From: an uncultured Thermoplasmatales archaeon
GTDB taxonomy: Archaea > Thermoplasmatota > E2 > DHVEG-1
Assembly (NCBI GenBank): GCA_964612945.1
Contig: CAZTFR010000001.1
Span: 24,418-88,417 of the forward strand
Length of the DNA: 64,000 bases
Reading direction: 5' to 3'
Position 1 is the first letter of the stretch, and every line of letters begins with the position of its first letter. Position numbers and translations under genes: made by a program. Positions 21,016-31,035 of the stretch are shown here, piece after piece. The notes under the pieces were generated by a model. The model was not told the origin of the DNA. It saw only the letters and a program-made list of their open reading frames with translations, and made no database searches.

Positions 21016-22506
21016 ATGATTGATTACCAGATAGCAACCTTTATCTGTTCTTGGGGAGACATAATGACGGATGAGAAACATATATTATTTATCACTCATT
21101 CAAACAATGATTTAGATCATTTTCTCCCTCTCTTTGTTGCATTTAAAAAAGATCCCACTCTGCACGTTACTGCCCTTGCTTTTTACAACAAAGAAGAATT
21201 ATTGAAAAATAAACTTCATAACTACATTATCAAAGAAAATAAGATACTACTTGATTCCTACACAGATTTATTTCACTTTAAATTTCTTTCAGATTTTTTC
21301 AATAAAGTCTATAATTGTACATCAAGAAAAGCGAAAATGATTCAGTACACAGGTAATCTGCATCAGATAACAAAAAAACGTATCAGACTTTTTTTTAAAA
21401 GTCCACGAGAATCTTTTATGCGCATGCTTCACTATCTATCAAAAAAATATATCGTTTTTTACACTCTTTTTTTTATGAACAATACGAGAATCGCGAAGTA
21501 TTTTAGAGATAAGAACTTTGATCTTGCAATTATCGACTTGCGGACTGCAGATGTTGAAGATCTGAATCTTGAACCACTTGTTAAAATGAAAAAGATTATG
21601 CAAGCGAAGACGAAAACTGATGATGATGTGATGTTTCGTTTTCTCTCTGTTGCTCGGGACCAGCAGATTCCAATTCTTGCGATACCCCATGGCCCAAATT
21701 ATGCAATCGAAGATCCTATACAACTTGTTGCCACAGGCTTTAAAAACCCCTTTCGGGCAGAGTATACGATTCATTGTAATCCTACGGGTGTACAAAAAGA
21801 TACGCTTATTTTGGGTTTAAAAAAGGATTTTCTTTTTGGAGATCCACGGTATGATCCTGAGTGGGTTGAGTACATTGAATCAGTGGCACTCAAGATTTAT
21901 GGAAAAGAGGTAAAAAAACCAAAGAATAAAACAATTGTTCTCTACATTGGAGCCTATATTTCACGGCATTCCTTTCGTATTTCACCTGAGTTTCATCTGC
22001 AACTGCATAAGGATATCCTCTCTTTGGTGAATTATTTCCCCGATATTGAGATTTGGATGAAGCCGCATCCCCGTCTTGTCTTTAAAGTGCCTATCGAGGA
22101 GTATGTTGACAAAGACCGGCAACAAAATATTCGATTCTTTGGCAATGAGACAGATACCACGATTTTGATGGCTCAGGCAGATATTGTGATATCACCAGAA
22201 TCATCGACTCTTACTATCCCTATTCTTCAAAAAAAACCAGTAATCTATTATCATCGGTGGAAAGAGAAAACAGGAAAAGCCAGTATTACTACCATCTTTG
22301 ATCAATGCCCTTTTCTTCTAAAGGCAGCTACTCATGAGGAGCTAAAACAACGGCTTACAGTAGCATTGACGGAAGGTAAATACAAAATACAAGATGACGA
22401 TATTACCTTATTTTACAATAAAATGTTTTCCACGACATCTCCTTATGAAAATATGACAAATAAATATATAAAAGTAATAAATACCATACTCAACGAAGAG
22501 ACGTAA
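21016..22506 (+). CDS. TagF/KpsC-like putative transferase (paralog 2)
   Basis: IEIWMKPHPRLVF (K-x-HP-R) motif and ADIVISPESSTL. Confidence 0.4.
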   Translation: MIDYQIATFICSWGDIMTDEKHILFITHSNNDLDHFLPLFVAFKKDPTLHVTALAFYNKEELLKNKLHNYIIKENKILLDSYTDLFHFKFLSDFFNKVYNCTSRKAKMIQYTGNLHQITKKRIRLFFKSPRESFMRMLHYLSKKYIVFYTLFFMNNTRIAKYFRDKNFDLAIIDLRTADVEDLNLEPLVKMKKIMQAKTKTDDDVMFRFLSVARDQQIPILAIPHGPNYAIEDPIQLVATGFKNPFRAEYTIHCNPTGVQKDTLILGLKKDFLFGDPRYDPEWVEYIESVALKIYGKEVKKPKNKTIVLYIGAYISRHSFRISPEFHLQLHKDILSLVNYFPDIEIWMKPHPRLVFKVPIEEYVDKDRQQNIRFFGNETDTTILMAQADIVISPESSTLTIPILQKKPVIYYHRWKEKTGKASITTIFDQCPFLLKAATHEELKQRLTVALTEGKYKIQDDDITLFYNKMFSTTSPYENMTNKYIKVINTILNEET

Positions 22507-22514
22507 GTGGCACT

Positions 22515-23552
22515 ATGGCTGAAGAAATTAAAGTGGGAATTATCGGTTTTGGAAAAATGGGGAAGATTAGAAAAGATCTTATCGATAATTCTTCCTCGTT
22601 ACAACTTCAGGCGGTCTGTGATCCTCATCCGGAAACTAACGAGAATTCTCTTGACTGTCCTTTTTTTTCAGACTATCATGAGCTTTTAGAAAGAGATATT
22701 GATGCTGTGTTTATTGCCACACCAAACAAGTATACTCCCAACATTGTGATTGATTCTTTAAAGAAAAAGAAACATGTCTTTTGTGAGAAACCACCGGGTA
22801 GATCCATTGATGATGTAAAACGAATTATTGCGGTAGAACAAAGCGTTCCTGACAGGAAATTAAAGTTTGGGTTTAATCATCGATATCATGATAGTATTAT
22901 GGAAGCAGATGCGATAGTGAGAAGCGGACGATTGGGAAAGATACTATGGATTCGTGGTATCTATGGTAAGAGTGGGGGTGTTGGATTTGAACAACAATGG
23001 CGGAGTAATCCCACGATTGCAGGGGGCGGTATTCTCTTAGATCAAGGTATTCATATGATTGATCTTTGCCGCATGTTTTGTGGAGATTTTGATGAGGTAA
23101 AAAGTCTTGTTACGAATTCTCATTGGAATCTTGATGTAGAAAACGATGCTTTTGCCCTTCTGCGAAATAAAAAGAACCAGATTGCTATGATTCATTCATC
23201 TTCAACCCAATGGAAACATAAGTTTTCCCTTGAGATATCTCTTGATGAGGGCTACATTAACCTCTATGGTATTCTTTCCTCTACTCGTAGCTATGGGCAA
23301 GGTGAACAGCTGGTGTATGCCAAAAAACAATTTGAAGATGAGAGTTTTGCTATTGGTAACCCTCAGGAAAATGTCACCTATTTCAGCCATGATCGTTCAT
23401 GGGAGCGAGAAGTTGAGGATTTTGTCCGATGTATAAAAGAAGACCGTGCCGTTCAGACGGGCTCCTCACATGATGCACTCAAGGCGATGGAGCTTGTAAA
23501 TCAGATCTATAATGCTGATCAAAAGTGGAAAAAAGTGAAGGCTATATCATGA
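22515..23552 (+). CDS. Gfo/Idh/MocA-family oxidoreductase
   Basis: IKVGIIGFGKMGKIR Rossmann fold and the FCEKPPG motif. Confidence 0.7.
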   Translation: MAEEIKVGIIGFGKMGKIRKDLIDNSSSLQLQAVCDPHPETNENSLDCPFFSDYHELLERDIDAVFIATPNKYTPNIVIDSLKKKKHVFCEKPPGRSIDDVKRIIAVEQSVPDRKLKFGFNHRYHDSIMEADAIVRSGRLGKILWIRGIYGKSGGVGFEQQWRSNPTIAGGGILLDQGIHMIDLCRMFCGDFDEVKSLVTNSHWNLDVENDAFALLRNKKNQIAMIHSSSTQWKHKFSLEISLDEGYINLYGILSSTRSYGQGEQLVYAKKQFEDESFAIGNPQENVTYFSHDRSWEREVEDFVRCIKEDRAVQTGSSHDALKAMELVNQIYNADQKWKKVKAIS

Positions 23553-24580
23553 AACATGTTGTTGTGGTAAATAACATAAAACAGGCAGATATTAAACCCT
23601 ATAAATTATTCAATGATTTTCTTGCTGTTACAGAAAAGGAAGTCAAGCGAATTCTCATAGATAATCAACATCTCGTCGATGTAGTATGTCCTGCATGTCA
23701 GAGTGAGAAACGTGGTTTTGCGTTTGAAAAATTTGGGTTAACCTATCATGAATGTAGGCATTGTGGGACCTTGTACGTCTCACCGCGCCCTCCTGAAAAG
23801 GTAATCAATACGTTTTTCAAAGAATCACGCTCCATGGATTTCTGGAATGATACTATTGTAAAAAAAACAATACATGCGCGGGTTACCCATCTTGTACGAC
23901 CAGAGGTCTTATGGGTTGCCAATACAACTGAAAAATTTTTTACAAAACCAGCGACCTTTGTGGATATCAAGACAAGACATGCTGAGTTTCTTGAAGAAAT
24001 CCGGTCACTGAACCTCTTTGATCGTTATGTTGTAATAGATCCAGATAGAACAGTTCACCAGACGATTAACCAGAATACAGATTTTAATGTACTACCTGAC
24101 TCATTTTGGGAGATTCCTCCAAATACCGTTAAAGCACAAGCTATCACGAGTTTCTATGTGCTTGATCGCCTTTTTCAGCCAGAGCAGTTTCTAAAAAAGA
24201 TACAACCGATGCTTGCCGATAAGGGCTTGTTGTTCCTTGTTAGTTCTTCAAGTAGTGGTTTAGATCTTCGAGAGCTCTGGGATCGGGCGAAAACCATATT
24301 TCCACCAGAAAATATGAACATTTTTTCTGTGGAGGGAATAAAGACATTATTGGAAAACAATGGGTTTGAACTTCTTGAGTTAAGCACACCGGGTCAGTTG
24401 GATGTGGAATATATTAAGACCGCAATGAAAAACGAGTCAGATCTTCCCATCTCCCGGTTTATAGCTTATATGATCAAAAATCGTGATGAAGCCACTTTTC
24501 GCGCATTCCAAAATTTCCTACAGGAATATCAATTAAGTTCACATCTCCGCATTGTTGCGAGGAAGAAAAAGAATGAGTAA
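23525..24580 (+). CDS. NDP-sugar C-methyltransferase-like (zinc-ribbon N-domain plus class I SAM methyltransferase)
   Basis: CPACQS...x14...CRHCGTLYVSPRP zinc-binding N-domain. Architecture matches TylCIII/NovU-type sugar C-methyltransferases. Confidence 0.45.
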   Translation: MEKSEGYIMKHVVVVNNIKQADIKPYKLFNDFLAVTEKEVKRILIDNQHLVDVVCPACQSEKRGFAFEKFGLTYHECRHCGTLYVSPRPPEKVINTFFKESRSMDFWNDTIVKKTIHARVTHLVRPEVLWVANTTEKFFTKPATFVDIKTRHAEFLEEIRSLNLFDRYVVIDPDRTVHQTINQNTDFNVLPDSFWEIPPNTVKAQAITSFYVLDRLFQPEQFLKKIQPMLADKGLLFLVSSSSSGLDLRELWDRAKTIFPPENMNIFSVEGIKTLLENNGFELLELSTPGQLDVEYIKTAMKNESDLPISRFIAYMIKNRDEATFRAFQNFLQEYQLSSHLRIVARKKKNE

Positions 24581-25520
24581 AAAAATCCTAATATCTCCCA
24601 GTTCTTTTGGTACTTGTGGAAGTCAACCACTTGATCAGTTGAAAACCGCGGGATATCAAGCTCTTTTGAATACATTCAAAAGACGACTAACCGCTGATGA
24701 AGTACTTGAGTTGGGAGCCGGGTGTATCGGCATCATTGCAGGTGTAGAACCATTAAATGAAACCGTTATTGAAGGTCTTCCTCAGTTACAATGCATCAGT
24801 CGGTGTGGTGTAGGGATGGATAATATCGATCTTGAGAAGGCCCATGAGCATGGTGTTGTAGTCTGCAATACACCATATGGTCCTACCCGGGCGGTTGCTG
24901 AATTAACAGTCGGCCTCATTTTTGATGTGTTGCGTGGAATTTCCCGTAGAGACAGAAAAATTCGGCAGGGCCAATGGGATAAAAAGATGGGTTTTCTTCT
25001 TCAGGGAAAACAGGTAGGAATTATAGGGCTGGGGCGCATCGGAAGACTCGTGGGAGAGTTACTCTTGTGCCTCGGAGCTTGTGTTTATGGCTATGACATC
25101 AACCCTGATACTAGTTGGTTAAAAAAGCATAAAGTCCCTCTTATTCCCATGGAACAGCTTTTAAGAGAAAGCGATATCATCTGTGTACATACTTTCTATA
25201 CAAAAGGATCAGAATATTTACTTGGAAAAAAACAGCTTTCTATGATGAAAAAAGAGGCGATCCTTATCAATATGTCGCGCGGTGGTGTCGTCGATGAACA
25301 GGCATTATTTCAAAGATTACAATCCAATAAACTTTCAGGTGCGGCACTTGATGTCTTCGAACAAGAACCCTACAATGGTCCCCTAACAACACTTGATTCT
25401 GTTGTGATAACACCGCACATTGGATCCTATGCACGTGAGGCTCGGCTTCAAATGGAGCTTCAAGCCGTTCAGAATCTCGTGCATACACTTGAGAAAAAAT
25501 CCTCAGAAAATAAAAGATAA
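24552..25520 (+). CDS. D-isomer-specific 2-hydroxyacid dehydrogenase (SerA/PGDH-like)
   Basis: VGIIGLGRIGRLVGELL NAD-binding motif and the catalytic R/E/H region (ITPHIGSYAREAR). Confidence 0.7.
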   Translation: MLRGRKRMSKKILISPSSFGTCGSQPLDQLKTAGYQALLNTFKRRLTADEVLELGAGCIGIIAGVEPLNETVIEGLPQLQCISRCGVGMDNIDLEKAHEHGVVVCNTPYGPTRAVAELTVGLIFDVLRGISRRDRKIRQGQWDKKMGFLLQGKQVGIIGLGRIGRLVGELLLCLGACVYGYDINPDTSWLKKHKVPLIPMEQLLRESDIICVHTFYTKGSEYLLGKKQLSMMKKEAILINMSRGGVVDEQALFQRLQSNKLSGAALDVFEQEPYNGPLTTLDSVVITPHIGSYAREARLQMELQAVQNLVHTLEKKSSENKR

Positions 25521-25605
25521 AAATAAATGAATAATAGTATTATACATGAGTTGAATACGGAGTATTGCTCTATCAGTAGTGAGTAGAGGCGGAGGCAACA
25601 CTGGA

Positions 25606-26352
25606 ATGAATTTGGATTTTCATAAGAAAATTGTTTTGATCACAGGTGCCACACGAGGAATTGGAAAACAACTCGCACATGATTTTGAATCATCAGGAGC
25701 TCAGCTTATTCTAACTGGGACAAACAAAAAACAAATTCAAAAACTCAACACTAAACATAAGAATGATTCGAATAGAAGCTATGTGTGTGTTGATTTTCTT
25801 GACAGCGATTCTCGAGATACGTTCTTATCCTATATTAAAGCACAAAAAAAAATCGATGTCTGTGTAAACAATGCAGGAATCAACAGAGTAAATCCTATTT
25901 GGAATGCCAAAGCGAAAGATTGGGATGATATTGTTCAAGTAAATCTAACCATGCCCTATTTGATTTCTCGTGAGGTATCAATACTTATGAAGAAACAGAG
26001 ATATGGTCGCATAGTAAATATTGCTTCAATTTTTGGGGTGATAAGCCGGCAGCAGCGTTCGGTGTATACCTCTACGAAATCAGGATTACTTGGTATGACG
26101 ATGTCTATGGCACTTGATCTTGCCCCCTATAATGTTTTGGTGAATGCGGTTTCCCCCGGGTTTGTGCTAACGGATTTAACAAAAAAGATCCTTTCTAAGG
26201 CTGAAATGAGAGAGTTAGAAGATGAAATTCCTATGAGACGGATGGCTCAACCCCGTGATATTTCATCTGCTGTACTTTTCCTTGCAAGCGAGGTAAATTC
26301 GTATATTACCGGTAAAAATCTCATAGTTGACGGAGGATATGTTGATGTCTGA
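25606..26352 (+). CDS. short-chain dehydrogenase/reductase
   Basis: KIVLITGATRGIGKQLA and YTSTK (YxxxK). GGAGG about 10 nt upstream of the ATG at 25606. The ORF track starts earlier at 25579. Confidence 0.7.
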   Translation: MNLDFHKKIVLITGATRGIGKQLAHDFESSGAQLILTGTNKKQIQKLNTKHKNDSNRSYVCVDFLDSDSRDTFLSYIKAQKKIDVCVNNAGINRVNPIWNAKAKDWDDIVQVNLTMPYLISREVSILMKKQRYGRIVNIASIFGVISRQQRSVYTSTKSGLLGMTMSMALDLAPYNVLVNAVSPGFVLTDLTKKILSKAEMRELEDEIPMRRMAQPRDISSAVLFLASEVNSYITGKNLIVDGGYVDV

Positions 26353-27418
26353 AACGCTTTCGGTGAAATCAAATATTCGTGATTATTCGGTGTATTTTTC
26401 CACGAATTTCTCAGAAATCTTTTCTTCACTATCATTGCAGAAATCATTTTTTATTATCGATAAAAATGTGTTTTCTTTATATCGCAATCAACTTTCAGAA
26501 GTGATAGACACCGGGCGATTTGTTGCTGTTGAAGCTGTTGAACAGAACAAATCCCTTGAATATGTGAAACAATTAACTCGGCAGTTGTTGAGCAAAAATA
26601 TCAGAAAAAATCATACTTTAGTTGCCATTGGTGGTGGGATCATTCAGGATATCACTGGTTTTCTGGCAACTGTTTTGTTTCGTGGTGTTGAATGGGTTTT
26701 TTATCCCACCACATTACTTGCACAAAGTGATAGCTGTATTGGTAGTAAAACATCAATTAATGTTGATGAGTTCAAAAATCAGCTGGGCACGTTTTATCCA
26801 CCGGTGCGTATCATCCTGGATGTCGGTTTTTTACAAACCTTAAAACCTGCTGATATTACCTCAGGGCTTGGGGAGATTATTAAGGTTCATTTATTGGATG
26901 GCCCGCAGAGTCTTGCGTATATTTCTTCTCATTATTCACGTAAGGTTACAGATGTGTCGTTGTTTATGGATTTTATTCGACGGAGTCTTGCCATCAAAAA
27001 GAAGATTATTGAGCAAGATGAATATGATAGAGATTATCGAAATATTTTAAATTATGGTCATACATTTGGTCATGCAATCGAGTCAGTAACAGACTATGGA
27101 ATCTGTCATGGTCAGGCAGTAACCGTGGGGATGGATATGGCAAACTTTATTTCGATGGAGCAAGGATTTCTTGATGAATCGTGGTATACAAAGATGAAAG
27201 TCCCTCTTGTAAAGAATTATCCCGTGTATGATCTGACAGTAGAACAGCAACATCAGTTGATTTCAGCGTTGAAACGTGATAAAAAAAATATTGATGGTCA
27301 ACTTGTTGCCATTCTCACCGAAGGTCCGGGTAAGATGAAAAAAATTAAGATACCTTTTGATCAAACATTACGCGAGGTTCTTACCAAGTTTCAATCTCGT
27401 GTTGTGATGAATGTGTAA
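26327..27418 (+). CDS. 3-dehydroquinate synthase-like sugar-phosphate cyclase family protein
   Basis: LVAIGGGIIQDITGFLATVLFRGVEWVFYPTTLLAQSDSCIGSKTSIN matches the DHQS nucleotide/metal-binding core. YGHTFGHAIE His pair. Confidence 0.65.
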   Translation: MTEDMLMSETLSVKSNIRDYSVYFSTNFSEIFSSLSLQKSFFIIDKNVFSLYRNQLSEVIDTGRFVAVEAVEQNKSLEYVKQLTRQLLSKNIRKNHTLVAIGGGIIQDITGFLATVLFRGVEWVFYPTTLLAQSDSCIGSKTSINVDEFKNQLGTFYPPVRIILDVGFLQTLKPADITSGLGEIIKVHLLDGPQSLAYISSHYSRKVTDVSLFMDFIRRSLAIKKKIIEQDEYDRDYRNILNYGHTFGHAIESVTDYGICHGQAVTVGMDMANFISMEQGFLDESWYTKMKVPLVKNYPVYDLTVEQQHQLISALKRDKKNIDGQLVAILTEGPGKMKKIKIPFDQTLREVLTKFQSRVVMNV

Positions 27419-27438
27419 ACTTGTGAACAAAGGAAGGA

Positions 27439-28611
27439 TTGAGATCTATGGTACGTATCGTTGCGATGATTCCTGCCCGCTTGGAGAGTAAACGAATAAA
27501 AAATAAAAATTTACGTCTCCTCGATGGAAAGCCGTTGGTATGTCATGTCGCAGAAAAATGTAAGCAGGCTAAGGTGTTTGATGAGATTTATATCAACTCT
27601 GAGGCAGATGTGATTCAGAGCATTGCTGATGAGTATGGTGTAAAATTTTACAAGCGAGCGATGCATCTTGCTAGTGATGATGCCACAAATGACATGTTTG
27701 CCTTTGATTTTATAAAACATGTTGGATGTGACATTTTAATTCAGGTCAATCCGACGTCACCATTGATTTCTGTGGATGATATTCGACATTTTGTGACTAT
27801 GATGGTTGATGGAAACTATGATACATTGCATTCTGTAAAGGAAGAACAAATTGAAGCGGTGTATAATGGCACTCCGTTAAATTTTGATCCTAAAAAACCC
27901 ATGCCCCGATCTCAAGATCTGAAATCAGTGTTAGTGTTTTCCTCAGGTATCATGGGCTGGAAGGCAGACAATTATTATCATAACATGGACAAATATAACT
28001 GTGCTACCTATGGCGGTGATGGAAACATCGGATACTTTATTCTCAAAGGATTTTCCACTATTGATATCGATAATGAGGAGGATTTTCTGCTCGCTGAGGT
28101 AGTGGTGCAGTTTCAGAAAAAAGGGCGTCATCAGAAGGTAGCGTATTATAATCCAGATGATAGACAGAGGGTTCATGTTGAATCTGATGTTCCCAGCATT
28201 TTGAAAAAAGATGGTGTGAATACAAATGATTTATTTGATGCAAACCAGGAAATCGTCAATATCCCTGAAATTATACGGACCTTTCAGCAGAATCAATCGT
28301 GGAGTAAACGAATCATCAATACGGAAAATAATAGTGCAACCTTGATTTCTCAGATGCCTGGAGAAGGAAATAGACGACATTATCATGCAGATTGGAATGA
28401 ATGGTGGTATATTATTGATGGAACCTGGGAATGGGAAATTGAAGGAAAAATAAGACGTGTATCAAAAGGAGATGTTGTCTTTATTAAGAAGGGAAAAACA
28501 CATAAAGTAACTGCGGTAGGGGATGGTCCTGCGGTTCGGTTAGCAATAAGTAGAGAGGATGTTGATCATATCTATCCAGAAGAAAAAATAAATAAGACCC
28601 TACTCAAATAA
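27439..28611 (+). CDS. cytidylyltransferase (CMP-NeuAc synthetase-like N-domain) fused to C-terminal cupin
   Basis: N-terminus IVAMIPARLESKRIKNKNLRLLDGKPLV. C-terminal RRHYHADWNEWWYIIDGTWEWEI...GDVVFIKKGKTHKV cupin barrel. Confidence 0.65.
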   Translation: MRSMVRIVAMIPARLESKRIKNKNLRLLDGKPLVCHVAEKCKQAKVFDEIYINSEADVIQSIADEYGVKFYKRAMHLASDDATNDMFAFDFIKHVGCDILIQVNPTSPLISVDDIRHFVTMMVDGNYDTLHSVKEEQIEAVYNGTPLNFDPKKPMPRSQDLKSVLVFSSGIMGWKADNYYHNMDKYNCATYGGDGNIGYFILKGFSTIDIDNEEDFLLAEVVVQFQKKGRHQKVAYYNPDDRQRVHVESDVPSILKKDGVNTNDLFDANQEIVNIPEIIRTFQQNQSWSKRIINTENNSATLISQMPGEGNRRHYHADWNEWWYIIDGTWEWEIEGKIRRVSKGDVVFIKKGKTHKVTAVGDGPAVRLAISREDVDHIYPEEKINKTLLK

Positions 28612-28631
28612 CGGATACTTGTGTGTAATCA

Positions 28632-29894
28632 TTGGAGGAGTATATTTTGCATCGAAGTAGTATCTTTAATATTAGAATAGATTTCGAAAAAAGCCATGAT
28701 TCTTATCTGTATGATAAAAATCGGAAGAGATATTTCCTTGATTTCTTTGGACAATACTCTGCGCTTCCGTTAGGCTATAATCATAGAATATTTCAGGAAG
28801 AACACTTTCAAAAAACAATACAAAAAATCATTGGTGTAAAGGTAACCAATTGTGAAATCATCTCTGATGAGGCACGTGAGCTACTACAAAAATTTTCGAA
28901 TCATAAGGATATGAAAAACTATGAATATTTTCATTTTTCATGTACGGGTGCGCTTGCTGTTGAAGCAGCTTTAAAAACTGCTATGGATCAAAAGCATTCT
29001 TCTGATCCAAAAGTGATTAGTCTACGTGAGAGTTTTCATGGCATTAATGGCTATGGAGGTTTTGTGACCGATCGGTTCTACCCGGTGAGCAAACGGCTTG
29101 ACGGATTTCCAACGCTGAAATGGTATCAGATTCATAATCCTAAAGTACTGTACTCAAACAATACAATTGATACCGCTGCAACAGAGAAAGGTTTTTCAAC
29201 ATTCAAAAGAGAGCTTGACGAGGTCATAAAAAAGGAGGGAGGCGAAAAAATAGCAGCATTACTAATTGAACCAATACAGGCGACCTATGGCGATAATTAT
29301 TTCCCTGAGGACTTCTTTGTTTATGTCCGAGAGTTCTGTGATGAGCATCACATTGCATTAGTATTTGATGAAATTCAAACGGGGTTTGGTACAACTGGGA
29401 AAATGTGGTATTTTCAACATCTACCGGTAGAGCCTGATATTGTTGCCTTTGGTAAAAAAGCGCAAGTATCAGGTATTATGGCAAAAAAAGAGTTCGATAC
29501 GATTTTTGAACGCCCTATACGTCTCGAAGTCACATTTGATGGGGATCTCATCGACATGGTGCGTTGTACTACCATTCTTGACGCCTATAAGAAATTTCAT
29601 CTATTAGAAAACGCTCAACAGCGGGGACAGCAGCTTCTGAAAAGATTACAAGCAATTGACAGTATACAAAACGTTCGCGGGCTTGGTCATCTTCTCTGCT
29701 TTGATTTCTCTTCATCAAAAGAGCAGGATGCATTTGCACAGACGGCCTTTCACAATGGCTTGCTTTTCAACAAAACACGGGATGTCTCAATTCGTTTACG
29801 ACCAAATCTGAATCTCTCTTCAGAAGAAGTAGATGAAGGACTTCAAATTATTACCCGCTCATGTGCAAAACCACTTGTAACCTCTACTTCATAA
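28632..29894 (+). CDS. class-III PLP aminotransferase
   Basis: FDEIQTGFGTTGKMW and AFGKK (Schiff-base Lys). The frame begins with TTG. GGAGGAG plus an 8-nt spacer precedes a second in-frame TTG at 28650. Confidence 0.7.
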   Translation: MEEYILHRSSIFNIRIDFEKSHDSYLYDKNRKRYFLDFFGQYSALPLGYNHRIFQEEHFQKTIQKIIGVKVTNCEIISDEARELLQKFSNHKDMKNYEYFHFSCTGALAVEAALKTAMDQKHSSDPKVISLRESFHGINGYGGFVTDRFYPVSKRLDGFPTLKWYQIHNPKVLYSNNTIDTAATEKGFSTFKRELDEVIKKEGGEKIAALLIEPIQATYGDNYFPEDFFVYVREFCDEHHIALVFDEIQTGFGTTGKMWYFQHLPVEPDIVAFGKKAQVSGIMAKKEFDTIFERPIRLEVTFDGDLIDMVRCTTILDAYKKFHLLENAQQRGQQLLKRLQAIDSIQNVRGLGHLLCFDFSSSKEQDAFAQTAFHNGLLFNKTRDVSIRLRPNLNLSSEEVDEGLQIITRSCAKPLVTSTS

Positions 29895-29906
29895 GACAGG
29901 ATTCTC

Positions 29907-30998
29907 ATGATGCAGCAATCAAAAAAATATGTCTTTTTTGTCATCACTTTCGGCAGTATTTATGATCGGGTGCTTCCCTTAATTGAGGAAAAAAAAGAGA
30001 AGGGGGAAATTATTGTTGTTGCAACGACTGATCAGATTGAAGCGTTCTTTCGAAAATATACTGATTTTACAGTCATTCGAACCAAAGTTCATCCGGATCT
30101 TATCACGAGAAATACGAAATATCTCCTTCTTATTAATAGTATTAAAAGTAAAATTGAATACCGCCGTCTTTTCAAACATATTCAGGGTGCTGATGTCTAT
30201 TTTTGTAATGTTGGGTATGCCATGGTTATTTATAGTTACATAAAGAAATTGGGAAAAAACAATAGAGTTTTTTACTATGGAGATACACCTATTTCGCAAG
30301 ATCCCGCAATTAATAAATCTCTTCTTCAGTACACTGTAGAAAAAAGTGTCCGCACATTTCTTATGAGACAAGCTACAAAATGGCTTCTGGGGATACCAAC
30401 AATTGTGCGAACGAACATGAATATTCCCTTTTGGGTGTTGGACGAATCTTTTTTTGATACGGTTTTTGTAATTGATAAGTATGTTGGTGATAAATCATCA
30501 TTAAATAAATACGTTGGTAAAATTAAGGAACTTCAGGGGAAAAAGATTTTAGTGGCAACGGAGGATGCAGTCGCCTGTGGCAACATTGATGAGCCGAATT
30601 TTACAGAGTATATGAATCGTTTAAAGGATATACTTGATATGATTGCTCCGGGGCAGTATGCCCTTAAGCCGCATCCTCGTTTGGATAAATTATTTGGCGA
30701 TATGAAAAAAGTGGATGCGGTAATTCCACCTTATATTCCCTTTGAATTTGTCTTGAATCATAAATGGGAGAGTATTATTGGAATTAATTCATTAGCGCTT
30801 ATTCATTCTTCTTTGATGACTGATGCTCCTGTGTTTTCGATTATTGATGCAGTTAATTTCAAAGATAAAAAGGTTCAACAAATGTTTCGATCCTGGCTTT
30901 CGAAGGAATCAAAAGATGCCATTCGTTTTCCGTCTAGTCTTGATGAGTTAAAAGAGTCGTTACTTGAAATTTCGAAGAAAAAGGAGCAAGTACTATGA
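29907..30998 (+). CDS. TagF/KpsC-like putative transferase (paralog 3)
   Basis: ALKPHPRLDKLF (K-PHP-R) motif and the C-terminal GT-B-like half. Confidence 0.4.
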   Translation: MMQQSKKYVFFVITFGSIYDRVLPLIEEKKEKGEIIVVATTDQIEAFFRKYTDFTVIRTKVHPDLITRNTKYLLLINSIKSKIEYRRLFKHIQGADVYFCNVGYAMVIYSYIKKLGKNNRVFYYGDTPISQDPAINKSLLQYTVEKSVRTFLMRQATKWLLGIPTIVRTNMNIPFWVLDESFFDTVFVIDKYVGDKSSLNKYVGKIKELQGKKILVATEDAVACGNIDEPNFTEYMNRLKDILDMIAPGQYALKPHPRLDKLFGDMKKVDAVIPPYIPFEFVLNHKWESIIGINSLALIHSSLMTDAPVFSIIDAVNFKDKKVQQMFRSWLSKESKDAIRFPSSLDELKESLLEISKKKEQVL

Positions 30999-31035
30999 AG
31001 AAACGGTATTGTTTATCAGTTGAGGATGTACGCAT

